Positions 53,438 to 61,739 of a stretch of 64,000 nucleotides of DNA are shown here, in pieces; position 1 is the first letter of the stretch; each line of letters opens with the position of its first letter. A program made the translations under genes and the position numbers. This DNA is from an uncultured Nitrospirales bacterium (GTDB lineage: Bacteria > Nitrospirota > Nitrospiria > Nitrospirales > NS-4), in contig CAYLLY010000002.1 of the NCBI GenBank assembly GCA_964384595.1, positions 16,248 through 80,247 of the forward strand. Reading direction: 5' to 3'. The notes beneath the pieces were generated by a model. The model ran no database searches, was not told the origin of the DNA, and saw nothing but the letters and a program-made list of their open reading frames with translations.

Positions 53438-54835
53438 TCAAATCTGCTCCCGAATGTAGTTCCCGAATTTGGCGTACTCCGGCAGGAACGTCAGATGCAC
53501 GACGCCCGTCGGTCCGTTGCGGTGTTTGGAAATGATGATATCGGCGACATGGTCGGGCGCCACGTCCTCTTCAACTTCACCCGTCTGGTTCGCGTACATG
53601 TCTTTGCGGTAGATCATCATGACGAGATCCGCGTCCTGCTCGATGGCCCCCGACTCCCGGAGGTCGGCCAGCAACGGCCGCTTGTCCTGGCGGCTTTCCA
53701 CCGCCCGGCTGAGCTGCGAGAGCGCCACGACCGGGATGTTCAATTCCTTGGCGACGGACTTGAGCGACCGGGAGATGTCGGAAATCTCCTGCTGCCGATT
53801 CTCGCTGTCGCCGGCCCCGGCCATTAATTGGAGATAATCCACCACCACCAGGTCGAGACCGGTTTCCGCCCGTTGCCGGCGGATCTTCGCCCTCATTTCC
53901 AGCGCCGTGATGCCCGGCGTGTCGTCGATGTAGATTTTGCTGTCGGTCAACGCGCTGGCGGCGCGGGTCAGGCTCGACCAGTCTTCCCGGTGCAGTTGGC
54001 CGGTCCTGATCCGGTGCATGTCGAGAGAACCGGCCGCGCTCAGCAGCCGCATGCAGAGTTGCTCCTTGGACATTTCCAGGCTGAAGATGGCCACCTTGTA
54101 CGACTTCGGTTTGTGCAGCGCGGCATTCAAGGCCATGCCCAGCGCCAGGCTGGTCTTGCCGGTGCTCGGCCGACCGGCGACGATGATGAGATCGGACGGC
54201 TGGAGACCGGCGGTCTTATCATCAAGGTCTGCAAAGCCTGTCGGGATGCCCGTGATCTTTTCCTGCTGCTCGTACAACTTGTTGATGTGCTCGACCGTGC
54301 GGTTCACCACGTCCTTGATCGGGCTGAATGCCTTCTTCAGCCGGCTCTCCGCGATCCCGAAGATGCTCCGCTCGGCGTAATCCAGCAACTCGTCGACGCG
54401 CTTCGTGCCCTCATACCCCCGGGTCACGATCTCCGTCGCCACCCCGATCAGTGCGCGGTTGATCCCGGTTTCGTGGATGAGCTTGGCGTGGTGGGTCACG
54501 CTGGACGCGGTCGCGACGGACTGCGCGAGATCGGTCAGATAGGCGCTGCCCCCGATCCCTTCCAGGGTCCCGGCGTGTTGCAAATGATCCGTCAGGGTCA
54601 CCAGGTCGACGACCTGATTCTGCTCCGACAACTCGATCATGGCCTCGAAGATCCGGCGGTGCGCGGGCCGGTAGAATTCATCCGGTCCGATGATTTCGAG
54701 CGCCTTGTAGAGCGCCTGGTTGTCCAGGAGAATGGCCCCGAGCACGGCTTGCTCCGCCTCGATGTTCTGCGGGGGCAGCTTGAGCGCCGCGGGATCGGCG
54801 CGAAGGGCGCGTTCGGACCGGCCACCGGGCGTCAT
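53438..54835 (-). CDS. dnaB: Replicative DNA helicase DnaB
   Basis: Track ORF trimmed to ATG 54835 (ATGA overlap with the hisZ stop). PPQNIEAEQAVLGAILLDN, Walker A GRPSTGKTS, SLEMS, VVDYLQLM, ALSQLSR. Confidence 0.95.
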   Translation of the reverse strand: MTPGGRSERALRADPAALKLPPQNIEAEQAVLGAILLDNQALYKALEIIGPDEFYRPAHRRIFEAMIELSEQNQVVDLVTLTDHLQHAGTLEGIGGSAYLTDLAQSVATASSVTHHAKLIHETGINRALIGVATEIVTRGYEGTKRVDELLDYAERSIFGIAESRLKKAFSPIKDVVNRTVEHINKLYEQQEKITGIPTGFADLDDKTAGLQPSDLIIVAGRPSTGKTSLALGMALNAALHKPKSYKVAIFSLEMSKEQLCMRLLSAAGSLDMHRIRTGQLHREDWSSLTRAASALTDSKIYIDDTPGITALEMRAKIRRQRAETGLDLVVVDYLQLMAGAGDSENRQQEISDISRSLKSVAKELNIPVVALSQLSRAVESRQDKRPLLADLRESGAIEQDADLVMMIYRKDMYANQTGEVEEDVAPDHVADIIISKHRNGPTGVVHLTFLPEYAKFGNYIREQI

Positions 54836-55869
54836 CGGCGCGTCCCCTTCCTGCCGGCCGCCGCCGCCCGACCGGCCTGCACGGCACGAAGCTGCAGGAG
54901 CCGGTCCAGATCGAACGCGAATCCGGTTGACGGGACTTCGCGCCCGAACCGGCCGATCAAATGGTCGTATCGTCCCCCGCCCCCGACTTCCGCGCCCAGC
55001 CCGTCGGCGTAGATGTCGAAGACCAGTCCGGTGTAATACTCCATCCGCCGGATCTCTCCCATGTCCAGCAGGAGATGATCCCCTAAGCCCGCCACCGTCA
55101 TCCGCTCCCACACGTCCCGCAGCCGGGCCAGCGGCCGACGGCAGTCCTCGCTCCGGGGGGCCAGCCGGCCGGCCGCCTCCAGCATCTCGTAGCCCCCGAA
55201 GAGCTCGGGGACCGCGCGGAGCGCTTTGGCGTCGCGTCCCCGTACGCCGGCTCCACGAAGCAGGACCTCCATGCGAGGGATGTCCTTCCGCGCCGCCGCT
55301 TCACGGAGGCTGCGCTGCACGGACGCCGACACGCCGGTCCGGCGCAGCAACGCATTGAAGAACGCCCCTTGCCCGATGGCGATGGTAAAGGCGGTGATCC
55401 CCAGACGCCGGAGGCATTCCGCCGCCACCATGATCGGCTCGACATCGGCCGCCGTGCCCCTGGGACCGATCAGCTCGATCCCGATCTGGAAGATCTCACG
55501 ATCGCGGCCGGCGTGCTCCGGCTCGTAGCGAAAGACATTGGCGCTGTAACAGAGCCGTAGGGGAAAGGGCTGGGCCACCATGCCCATCGCCACCATCCGG
55601 GCGATCTGGGCCGTGACGTCCGGGCGCAGGACGAGGATGCGCCCCGTCGCCCGGTCCACCACCTTGTAGGACTTCTCGATAAGCTCGGCGTCCAGGCCGG
55701 GGGCCAGGACGTCCAAGTATTCAAACGTGGGAGGGATGATTTCGCGATAGCCGCGCTCCGCGAAGACCGCCAAGGCGATCTCCTCCACCGCGCGCTTCTC
55801 TTCCGCCGCAACGGGCAGAAACGTGGCGACGCCTTGCGGTATGGGAGAACGGGAGGGCTTCATCATCAC
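54832..55869 (-). CDS. hisZ: ATP phosphoribosyltransferase regulatory subunit HisZ
   Basis: ~343 aa with a class II aaRS-like core and no anticodon domain. FEYLDVL..YKVVDRATGRILVLRPDVTAQIARMV..FRYE..GRDREIFQIGIELIG. Confidence 0.85.
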   Translation of the reverse strand: MMMKPSRSPIPQGVATFLPVAAEEKRAVEEIALAVFAERGYREIIPPTFEYLDVLAPGLDAELIEKSYKVVDRATGRILVLRPDVTAQIARMVAMGMVAQPFPLRLCYSANVFRYEPEHAGRDREIFQIGIELIGPRGTAADVEPIMVAAECLRRLGITAFTIAIGQGAFFNALLRRTGVSASVQRSLREAAARKDIPRMEVLLRGAGVRGRDAKALRAVPELFGGYEMLEAAGRLAPRSEDCRRPLARLRDVWERMTVAGLGDHLLLDMGEIRRMEYYTGLVFDIYADGLGAEVGGGGRYDHLIGRFGREVPSTGFAFDLDRLLQLRAVQAGRAAAAGRKGTRR

Positions 55870-55890
55870 GGGACCAGCCGGCGGGGCCGG

Positions 55891-57471
55891 CTACAGACGC
55901 ACGAGTTTGACCGAAATGATGTTCTTGGCGACGGTCACGGCGCGGAGCACTTCCACGGGCAGCGGCGCGTCCACCCCGACGATGAGCAACGCCTGGCCCC
56001 CCTTTTCTTCGCGCGAGCACTGCATGCGGGCGATATTGATCTGGTGCTCGCCGAGGATCTGGCCCACCTGGCCGATCACGCCGGGGCGATCGTAGTTCAG
56101 GATGAAGAGCATGTGCCCTTCGGGCACGATCTCCACGCGGAAATTATCCAGTTGGACGATCCGGGGATCGCGCCGGCCGTAAAGCGCCCCCGCGATCCGG
56201 CTGGTCTTCTTCTCGGCCTCCACCTGGATCGTGACCAGGCTGGTAAAGTCCCCCGCGTCGCTGCTCTTCACTTCCTTGACTTCGATCCCCCGCTCGCGCG
56301 CCACCACGGGCGCGTTCACGTAGTTGATCGTTTCCTCCAGGATCGGCGTCAGGAGCCCTTTCAGGGCCGCAATGGTCAGCGGCGCCACATTGACGCCCGC
56401 GACCTCGCCTCTGTACTCGACCGTGACGCGCTCGATCCCGCCCTCGTACAGCTGGGAATGCAGCAGCCCCAGCTTCTCGGCGAGCGTGATGTACGGCTGG
56501 AGCCGCGGCAGCAACTCGGCCGGCACCGACGGGATGTTGACGGCGCCCCGCGCAATGCCGCGCGTCAGGTAGTCCACGATCTGCTCGGCGATCCCGACCG
56601 CCACGTTCTCCTGGGCTTCCGTGGTGGACCCGCCGATGTGCGGCGAGCAGATGAAATTGTCCAGCGTCAGCAGCGGATGGGCGGGCTTGACCGGCTCCTC
56701 CTCGAAGACATCGAAGGCGGCGCCCGCGACCTTCCCGCTCTTCAGCGCATCGTAAAGGTCCTGCTCATTGATGATGCCCCCGCGGGCGCAATTGATGATG
56801 CGCACGCCCTCCTTCATTGTCGCAATCGTCGTGCGGTTGATGATGTTCTGGGTCTCGGCCGTCAGAGGCGTATGGACCGTGATGATGTCGGCGCGACGGA
56901 AGAGCTCGTGCAGGCCCATGATCTCGACGCCCATCTTGCGGGCGCGCTCCTCCGCCAGGTAGGGATCGTAGGCGATCACGCTCATCGTGACCCCTTGGGC
57001 CAGCTTGGCGAGATGGCTCCCGATCTGTCCCATCCCGACGATGCCGAGGGTCTTGTTGTAGAGCTCCACGCCCATGAACTTCTCTTTTTCCCACTTGCCG
57101 GCTTTCATGGAAGCGGTGGCCTGCGGGATCTTGCGGGCCAGCGCGAAGATCATCGCGAAGGTATGCTCGGCCGTCGTGACGGTATTGCCGCCCGGCGTGT
57201 TCATCACCACGATGCCGCGTTTGGTGGCGGCGGCGGTATCTACGTTGTCCAGACCGGACCCCGCCCGTCCGATGATCCGGAGCCTGTCGGCGGCGGCAAT
57301 CACCTCCGCCGTCACCTTCGTCCCGCTGCGGACGATGAGCCCCTCGTAATTCTTGATCTCGCGGAGCAGTTCCTCCTTGGGCATCTTGGTCTTGACGTCC
57401 ACGGTCAGACCGGCCTTCTGGAGAAGCTCGACTCCTTGCTTGGAGAGGTTGTCGCTGACGAGGATTTTCAT
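55891..57471 (-). CDS. serA: D-3-phosphoglycerate dehydrogenase (long form with ACT domain)
   Basis: 526 aa. MKILVSD.., NAD motif GIVGMGQIGS, catalytic R/E/H region (NCARGG, SPHIGGST) and a C-terminal ACT-like region. Confidence 0.93.
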   Translation of the reverse strand: MKILVSDNLSKQGVELLQKAGLTVDVKTKMPKEELLREIKNYEGLIVRSGTKVTAEVIAAADRLRIIGRAGSGLDNVDTAAATKRGIVVMNTPGGNTVTTAEHTFAMIFALARKIPQATASMKAGKWEKEKFMGVELYNKTLGIVGMGQIGSHLAKLAQGVTMSVIAYDPYLAEERARKMGVEIMGLHELFRRADIITVHTPLTAETQNIINRTTIATMKEGVRIINCARGGIINEQDLYDALKSGKVAGAAFDVFEEEPVKPAHPLLTLDNFICSPHIGGSTTEAQENVAVGIAEQIVDYLTRGIARGAVNIPSVPAELLPRLQPYITLAEKLGLLHSQLYEGGIERVTVEYRGEVAGVNVAPLTIAALKGLLTPILEETINYVNAPVVARERGIEVKEVKSSDAGDFTSLVTIQVEAEKKTSRIAGALYGRRDPRIVQLDNFRVEIVPEGHMLFILNYDRPGVIGQVGQILGEHQINIARMQCSREEKGGQALLIVGVDAPLPVEVLRAVTVAKNIISVKLVRL

Positions 57472-58610
57472 TTTGCGAGCAGCAGCTCCTCGGCTTTGCC
57501 GACGCCCGCGCCCAGTTTCACCGGATGCCCGAGCCCTTTCAGCACCATCTCGGTGGCGGCGAGCGCCTGGATGACGTCGAAGGTGTCCATGTAGCCCATG
57601 TGCGCGATCCGGAAGATCTTCCCCTTGAGGTGATCCTGCCCGCCGGCCGCCGTGATCCCGTACTGTTCGCGCAGATTCTTATAGACCGCCTGCCCGTCCA
57701 CGCCGGTCGGCGTCGAGACGACCGTGAGGGCATCGCTGGGGCTCTGTTTCGGAAAGAGCGCCAGGCCGGCCGCCTTCATCCCCTCCCGCATCGCGTGGGC
57801 CATCCGGGCGTGGCGCGCGAAGACGTTGCCGAGGCCTTCGGCTTTCAGCATTTTCAGCACTTCCTGGAGCCCGACCATCAACGAAACACCCGCGGTGTAC
57901 GCGGTCTGGTTCTTCTGCTGGGCGTCGCGTTCCTTCTTGAAGTTGAAATAGAAGGCCGTGTTCTTGGCCTTCTCGGCCAGCCGCCAGGCCTTGTCGCTCA
58001 CGCTCGCGAACGCCAGGCCCGGAGGCAGCATCATCGCTTTCTGGGATCCGGCCACCACCACGTCGATCCCCCACTCGTCGGTCTTCAGGTCGAACACCCC
58101 CAGCGCCGTGATGGCGTCCACCACCAGCATCGTTTCCTCGCAGGACCGCACGATCTCGGCGATCGCCCGTGTATCGTGGGCGACTCCGGTGGACGTCTCG
58201 CTCGCCTGGATGTACACCGCCTTGATGGCGGGATCCTTCTTCAGGGCGTCGGCCACGGCCTGGGGATCGACCGCTTCTCCCCATTCGACTTTGATCTCGA
58301 TCCCATTGACCCCGAACGTCTTGCAGAGCTTTCCCCAGCGTTCGCCGAACTTACCCCCATTGACGTACAAGGCTTTGTCGCCCTGGGAGAGAAAATTGGA
58401 CACCGCCCCTTCCATGGCGCCGGTTCCCGACGCGACAAGCGTCAGGACGTCGTTACGGGTCTGAAAGAGCCATCGGAGGTTCTCCCGAAGTTCCGCGAAC
58501 ATGGCGGCAAATTCTGGAGCCCGGTGGTGGGCCATCGGCCTGGCCATGGCCAGCAGGACTTCGGGGGGAACTGGGGTCGGCCCTGGAGCCAACAGGTACC
58601 GTTTCAGCAT
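57468..58610 (-). CDS. Class V PLP aminotransferase (serine-glyoxylate/alanine-glyoxylate/phosphoserine aminotransferase family)
   Basis: 380 aa. LLAPGPTPVP, VVAGSQKAMMLPPG (PLP lysine). ATGA-coupled to serA, which suggests a phosphoserine aminotransferase role. Confidence 0.8.
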   Translation of the reverse strand: MLKRYLLAPGPTPVPPEVLLAMARPMAHHRAPEFAAMFAELRENLRWLFQTRNDVLTLVASGTGAMEGAVSNFLSQGDKALYVNGGKFGERWGKLCKTFGVNGIEIKVEWGEAVDPQAVADALKKDPAIKAVYIQASETSTGVAHDTRAIAEIVRSCEETMLVVDAITALGVFDLKTDEWGIDVVVAGSQKAMMLPPGLAFASVSDKAWRLAEKAKNTAFYFNFKKERDAQQKNQTAYTAGVSLMVGLQEVLKMLKAEGLGNVFARHARMAHAMREGMKAAGLALFPKQSPSDALTVVSTPTGVDGQAVYKNLREQYGITAAGGQDHLKGKIFRIAHMGYMDTFDVIQALAATEMVLKGLGHPVKLGAGVGKAEELLLAK

Positions 58611-58804
58611 GCCGCGCCTCTCCTTCTTCAGGGAAATTTAATGATGGCTGAATGCTCGGCCACGCTATCATACGGTCAGAAACGTGTCAAGGTGACCAAA
58701 AGGCCTAAGTGAATGGGAAATCAGCCGATTGCGGCACCGAAAATGTCCACGCAGGGCCCCGCCGCTTGCTTTCGGCAGGCTCTTCGTCTACAGTAGGTGG
58801 CTCT

Positions 58805-60079
58805 ATGGAAGGACACGTGCCGGCGCGCATCCGGATCACCGCTCTGGGGGGGGTTCTCCTGGCCTCGGCCGCCCTCACGGCCGAAGGGTGGGTGTATGCC
58901 GCCGCGGAGCCGTTCCCGGAGGCCGATCACCGCTCCGGCATCGCCTTCACGGCGGCGCCGTCCGAAAGCCTCGCCCCCCTCGCGAGCAGCGAGGCGCCGG
59001 CCCAGCCAGCCGCACAACCGCCTGAGCTCCCGGCCGCGGCGCCTCTCGCCGTCGAGCCGACGGCCGAGACACTCGACCAGCCGGAGACCCTGGACTTCGA
59101 CGTCCCGATCATCAGAACCGCGAAGGTGGACAAGCACGTGCAGTTTTTCTCGTTCCACATTCGCGACCGGTTCGAAATCTGGCTGAGCCGCCTGGAGCGT
59201 CACCGGCCGATGGCGGAGCAAATCTTTGCGGAGTTCAACCTCCCCGGCGATCTGGTCTTCCTGTCTCTGGTGGAAAGCGGGTTTAACCCACGCGCCGTCT
59301 CCCGCGCCAAGGCGGTCGGACCGTGGCAGTTCATCAAGTCAACCGCCAAGGCCTACGGCCTTCGGGTGGATAACTGGATCGACGAGCGGCGGGATCCCGT
59401 GAAGTCCACGCTTGCCGCCGCCCAATACCTTCGGGACCTGTACCAGCTTTTCGGATCATGGCCTCTGGCCATGGCGGCCTACAATGCGGGAGAGCGCAAG
59501 GTCGGACGCGCGCTCGTCCGCGCACAAGCCGACGACTTCTGGGATCTCACCGACACCAAGCTGCTGAAAAGAGAAACGAAGGAATACGTACCTCGGTTCC
59601 TGGCCGCCGCCCTGATCGCCAAAGACCCGACTCGTTTCGGGCTTGCCGTTCCTGCTCAAACGCCGGTGGAATACGACGAGGTGATCGTCACCCGCCCGAT
59701 CCATTTGAGGACGGCGGCCAAGGCCGCGGGCGTGTCCTACGAGGAATTTAAGGCGCTCAACCCGGAACTCAAAAAAGACCTGACCCCGCCGGACCCGGCC
59801 TACCACCTCAAAGTCCCTGCGGGCCGCAAGGACGCCTATCTCGCCAACCTGGCGACCTACCAGGACTGGAAGCGGGTCCACGCTGTGCGGTATAAAGTCC
59901 GTCGCGGTGATACCCTGCCGCTTCTCGCGTCACGGTACGGCACCACTGTCGCGGCGATTCTCGAAGCCAATGCCATGACCAAATCCGAGAAGCCCAAGCC
60001 GGGCGACTGGCTGCTTCTCCCTCAGGCGGTCAAGCCCGCAGCCGGCACGCCGCGCGCACCCGTCAAAGCGTCCCGCTGA
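58805..60079 (+). CDS. Lytic transglycosylase (SLT domain) with C-terminal LysM, MltD-like
   Basis: ATG 58805 gives a signal peptide (ITALGGVLLASAALTA). SLVESGFNPRAVSRAKAVGPWQF and AAYNAG form the SLT motif. LysM reads YKVRRGDTLPLLASRYGTTVAAILEAN. Confidence 0.88.
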   Translation: MEGHVPARIRITALGGVLLASAALTAEGWVYAAAEPFPEADHRSGIAFTAAPSESLAPLASSEAPAQPAAQPPELPAAAPLAVEPTAETLDQPETLDFDVPIIRTAKVDKHVQFFSFHIRDRFEIWLSRLERHRPMAEQIFAEFNLPGDLVFLSLVESGFNPRAVSRAKAVGPWQFIKSTAKAYGLRVDNWIDERRDPVKSTLAAAQYLRDLYQLFGSWPLAMAAYNAGERKVGRALVRAQADDFWDLTDTKLLKRETKEYVPRFLAAALIAKDPTRFGLAVPAQTPVEYDEVIVTRPIHLRTAAKAAGVSYEEFKALNPELKKDLTPPDPAYHLKVPAGRKDAYLANLATYQDWKRVHAVRYKVRRGDTLPLLASRYGTTVAAILEANAMTKSEKPKPGDWLLLPQAVKPAAGTPRAPVKASR

Positions 60080-60081
60080 AA

Positions 60082-60849
60082 TTATTTGGAAGGAGCCGCG
60101 GGAGACGCCGCAGGCGCGGCCGGCGGAGCGGAGGCTTTCCGCGCATCGAGCGTCTTGATGCGCACGGCGGCTTCAGCCGCAAACGGCGACGAGGGATGAT
60201 TTTTCACGATCTCCTGGTAGCGAGCCAGCGCGCCTTCCGGACGATTCATGATCTCGTCGATTTTTCCGAGCTCGAACAAGGCCTGGTCCTTGTTGGGCGC
60301 GCCGTTGATCTGGACGACGGCCGCGAGCGTCTTTTCCGCCTCTTCGACCTTGCCCTGGGCCAGTTGGGCATAGGCCAAGCGCTGGTAGACCAAGGGAACG
60401 AGGGCGCGCTGGGTCCCGAAGCGGGCGAGAAACTCCTGGTAGGCCTTGACGGCGCCCTCCCAGTTCTTCAGATCGCTGAGCGCATTCCCTAACAGGTAGG
60501 CGGCCTGGGGCGCGACCGCGCTGCGGGGAAAATCAGCCAGAATTCTTTGGAAGACTTCGACCGCCTTTTTCAGCTCCTCTGGTTTTCGCGCCGAAGACGT
60601 CCCTCCCATGAAGGAGCGCTCGGTGACGCTGCGCGTCGCCTCGTGCAGGAGATCGGCTGCCGCGCGGTCATCCTGCTGACGCATCCAGAGAAATCCGACG
60701 ACGGCGGCGCCTGCAATGACTGCCACGGCCACACCGGCGAGCAGCCATCGAAAATTCTCGCGCGCCTGCCGCGCGGTCTGCTCGACCGAATCAACCAGGT
60801 GGGCCGGATCCGTCGGGGACTCTTTGCGGGGTTTTCGTATCTTGAACAT
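60082..60849 (-). CDS. Membrane-anchored TPR protein (YfgM/CpoB-like)
   Basis: ATG 60849 (MFKIRKPRK). One TM helix (WLLAGVAVAVIAGAAVVGFLW), then TPR-like repeats and an Ala/Pro-rich tail. Confidence 0.7.
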   Translation of the reverse strand: MFKIRKPRKESPTDPAHLVDSVEQTARQARENFRWLLAGVAVAVIAGAAVVGFLWMRQQDDRAAADLLHEATRSVTERSFMGGTSSARKPEELKKAVEVFQRILADFPRSAVAPQAAYLLGNALSDLKNWEGAVKAYQEFLARFGTQRALVPLVYQRLAYAQLAQGKVEEAEKTLAAVVQINGAPNKDQALFELGKIDEIMNRPEGALARYQEIVKNHPSSPFAAEAAVRIKTLDARKASAPPAAPAASPAAPSK

Positions 60850-60974
60850 CTCACGACCGCGCACGCATCCAAACGCCGTTCCTTATACGCAAGGCCTCCG
60901 GCAAATGTCAAACGACCGGCAACGACATCCCACCAGTTTGCGCTTGCCTCTTCGCAGGCCCACGCCTAGAATCC

Positions 60975-61739
60975 GTGACCATCGCCGCCGGACCCATGAT
61001 GCCGCAGACGAAATACGACCGCCTGGTTTCCGACCTGGAGTCCCTGGTCGGGTTGGCGAACTATCACGCCTGGATTCTGGACGAAATTCGCCCCTACCTG
61101 AGAACCCGCCTGGTTGAAATAGGCGGAGGTCTCGGGACCTTTACGAAATTGCTCGTGCGTGCCCATGTCCTGCCCCATCCCGCCGCAAGGTTGGAGGTCT
61201 TCGAGCCCGCGAACGCGCTCTGTATGCGATTGCGGGACGACCTGCAACACGCCTACCCCGACTTGATGCGAGGCGGCCGCCTTGCCGTGACCGAGCAGCG
61301 CTTCGAGCCTTCTCCCGATCAGTGCGACACCGTCATCATGATCAACGTGCTCGAGCATATCCAGGATGACCAGGAACTGGTCCGCGCCGTGTATCATTCC
61401 CTGTCTCACGGCGGTACGTTCATCGTTTACAGCCCCGCGATCCCCTGGCTGTATAGCCCGCATGACAAAATCGTCGGCCACTACCGGCGCTATGAAATGA
61501 ACCAGTTGGAGCAGATCTTGCGCAAAGAAGGCTTTGCGGTGGTCAAGGCCAAGTACATGGACTCCATGGGAGTCCTCCCCTGGTATCTCTTGAACGTCAT
61601 CGGAGGCTCCACATCCATCAATCCTCATCTCGCACGCTTCTACGACACGTGGTTCGTCCCGATCACGAGATGGATGGAAGGGCGGGAAGGCCGATGCATC
61701 GGGAAAAATATTCTGATGGTTGGACGGAAGGTGGTGTAG
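60975..61739 (+). CDS. Class I SAM-dependent methyltransferase
   Basis: LVEIGGGLGTFT motif I, MINVLEHIQDD, SHGGTFIVYSP. The start is GTG 60975 or ATG 60996. Confidence 0.8.
   Translation: MTIAAGPMMPQTKYDRLVSDLESLVGLANYHAWILDEIRPYLRTRLVEIGGGLGTFTKLLVRAHVLPHPAARLEVFEPANALCMRLRDDLQHAYPDLMRGGRLAVTEQRFEPSPDQCDTVIMINVLEHIQDDQELVRAVYHSLSHGGTFIVYSPAIPWLYSPHDKIVGHYRRYEMNQLEQILRKEGFAVVKAKYMDSMGVLPWYLLNVIGGSTSINPHLARFYDTWFVPITRWMEGREGRCIGKNILMVGRKVV

Noticed and set aside
55834-57594. Very long plus-strand ORFs antisense to the minus-strand genes. Examples are 55834..57594 (586 aa), 1788..2648, 3144..4547, 4604..6025, 9022..10518, 17654..19339 and 57525..58712.
   Set aside because: Their translations are Arg/Pro/His/Gly-rich low-complexity strings with no recognisable motifs. 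They sit exactly opposite genes with strong family signatures (serA, AsnB, GT4 and others). Open antisense frames are expected in high-GC DNA.
58611-58804. The divergent intergenic region between the aminotransferase and the lytic transglycosylase, scanned for a tRNA, small RNA or riboswitch.
   Set aside because: I could see no cloverleaf-compatible or conserved riboswitch-like structure. It is most simply a divergent promoter region.
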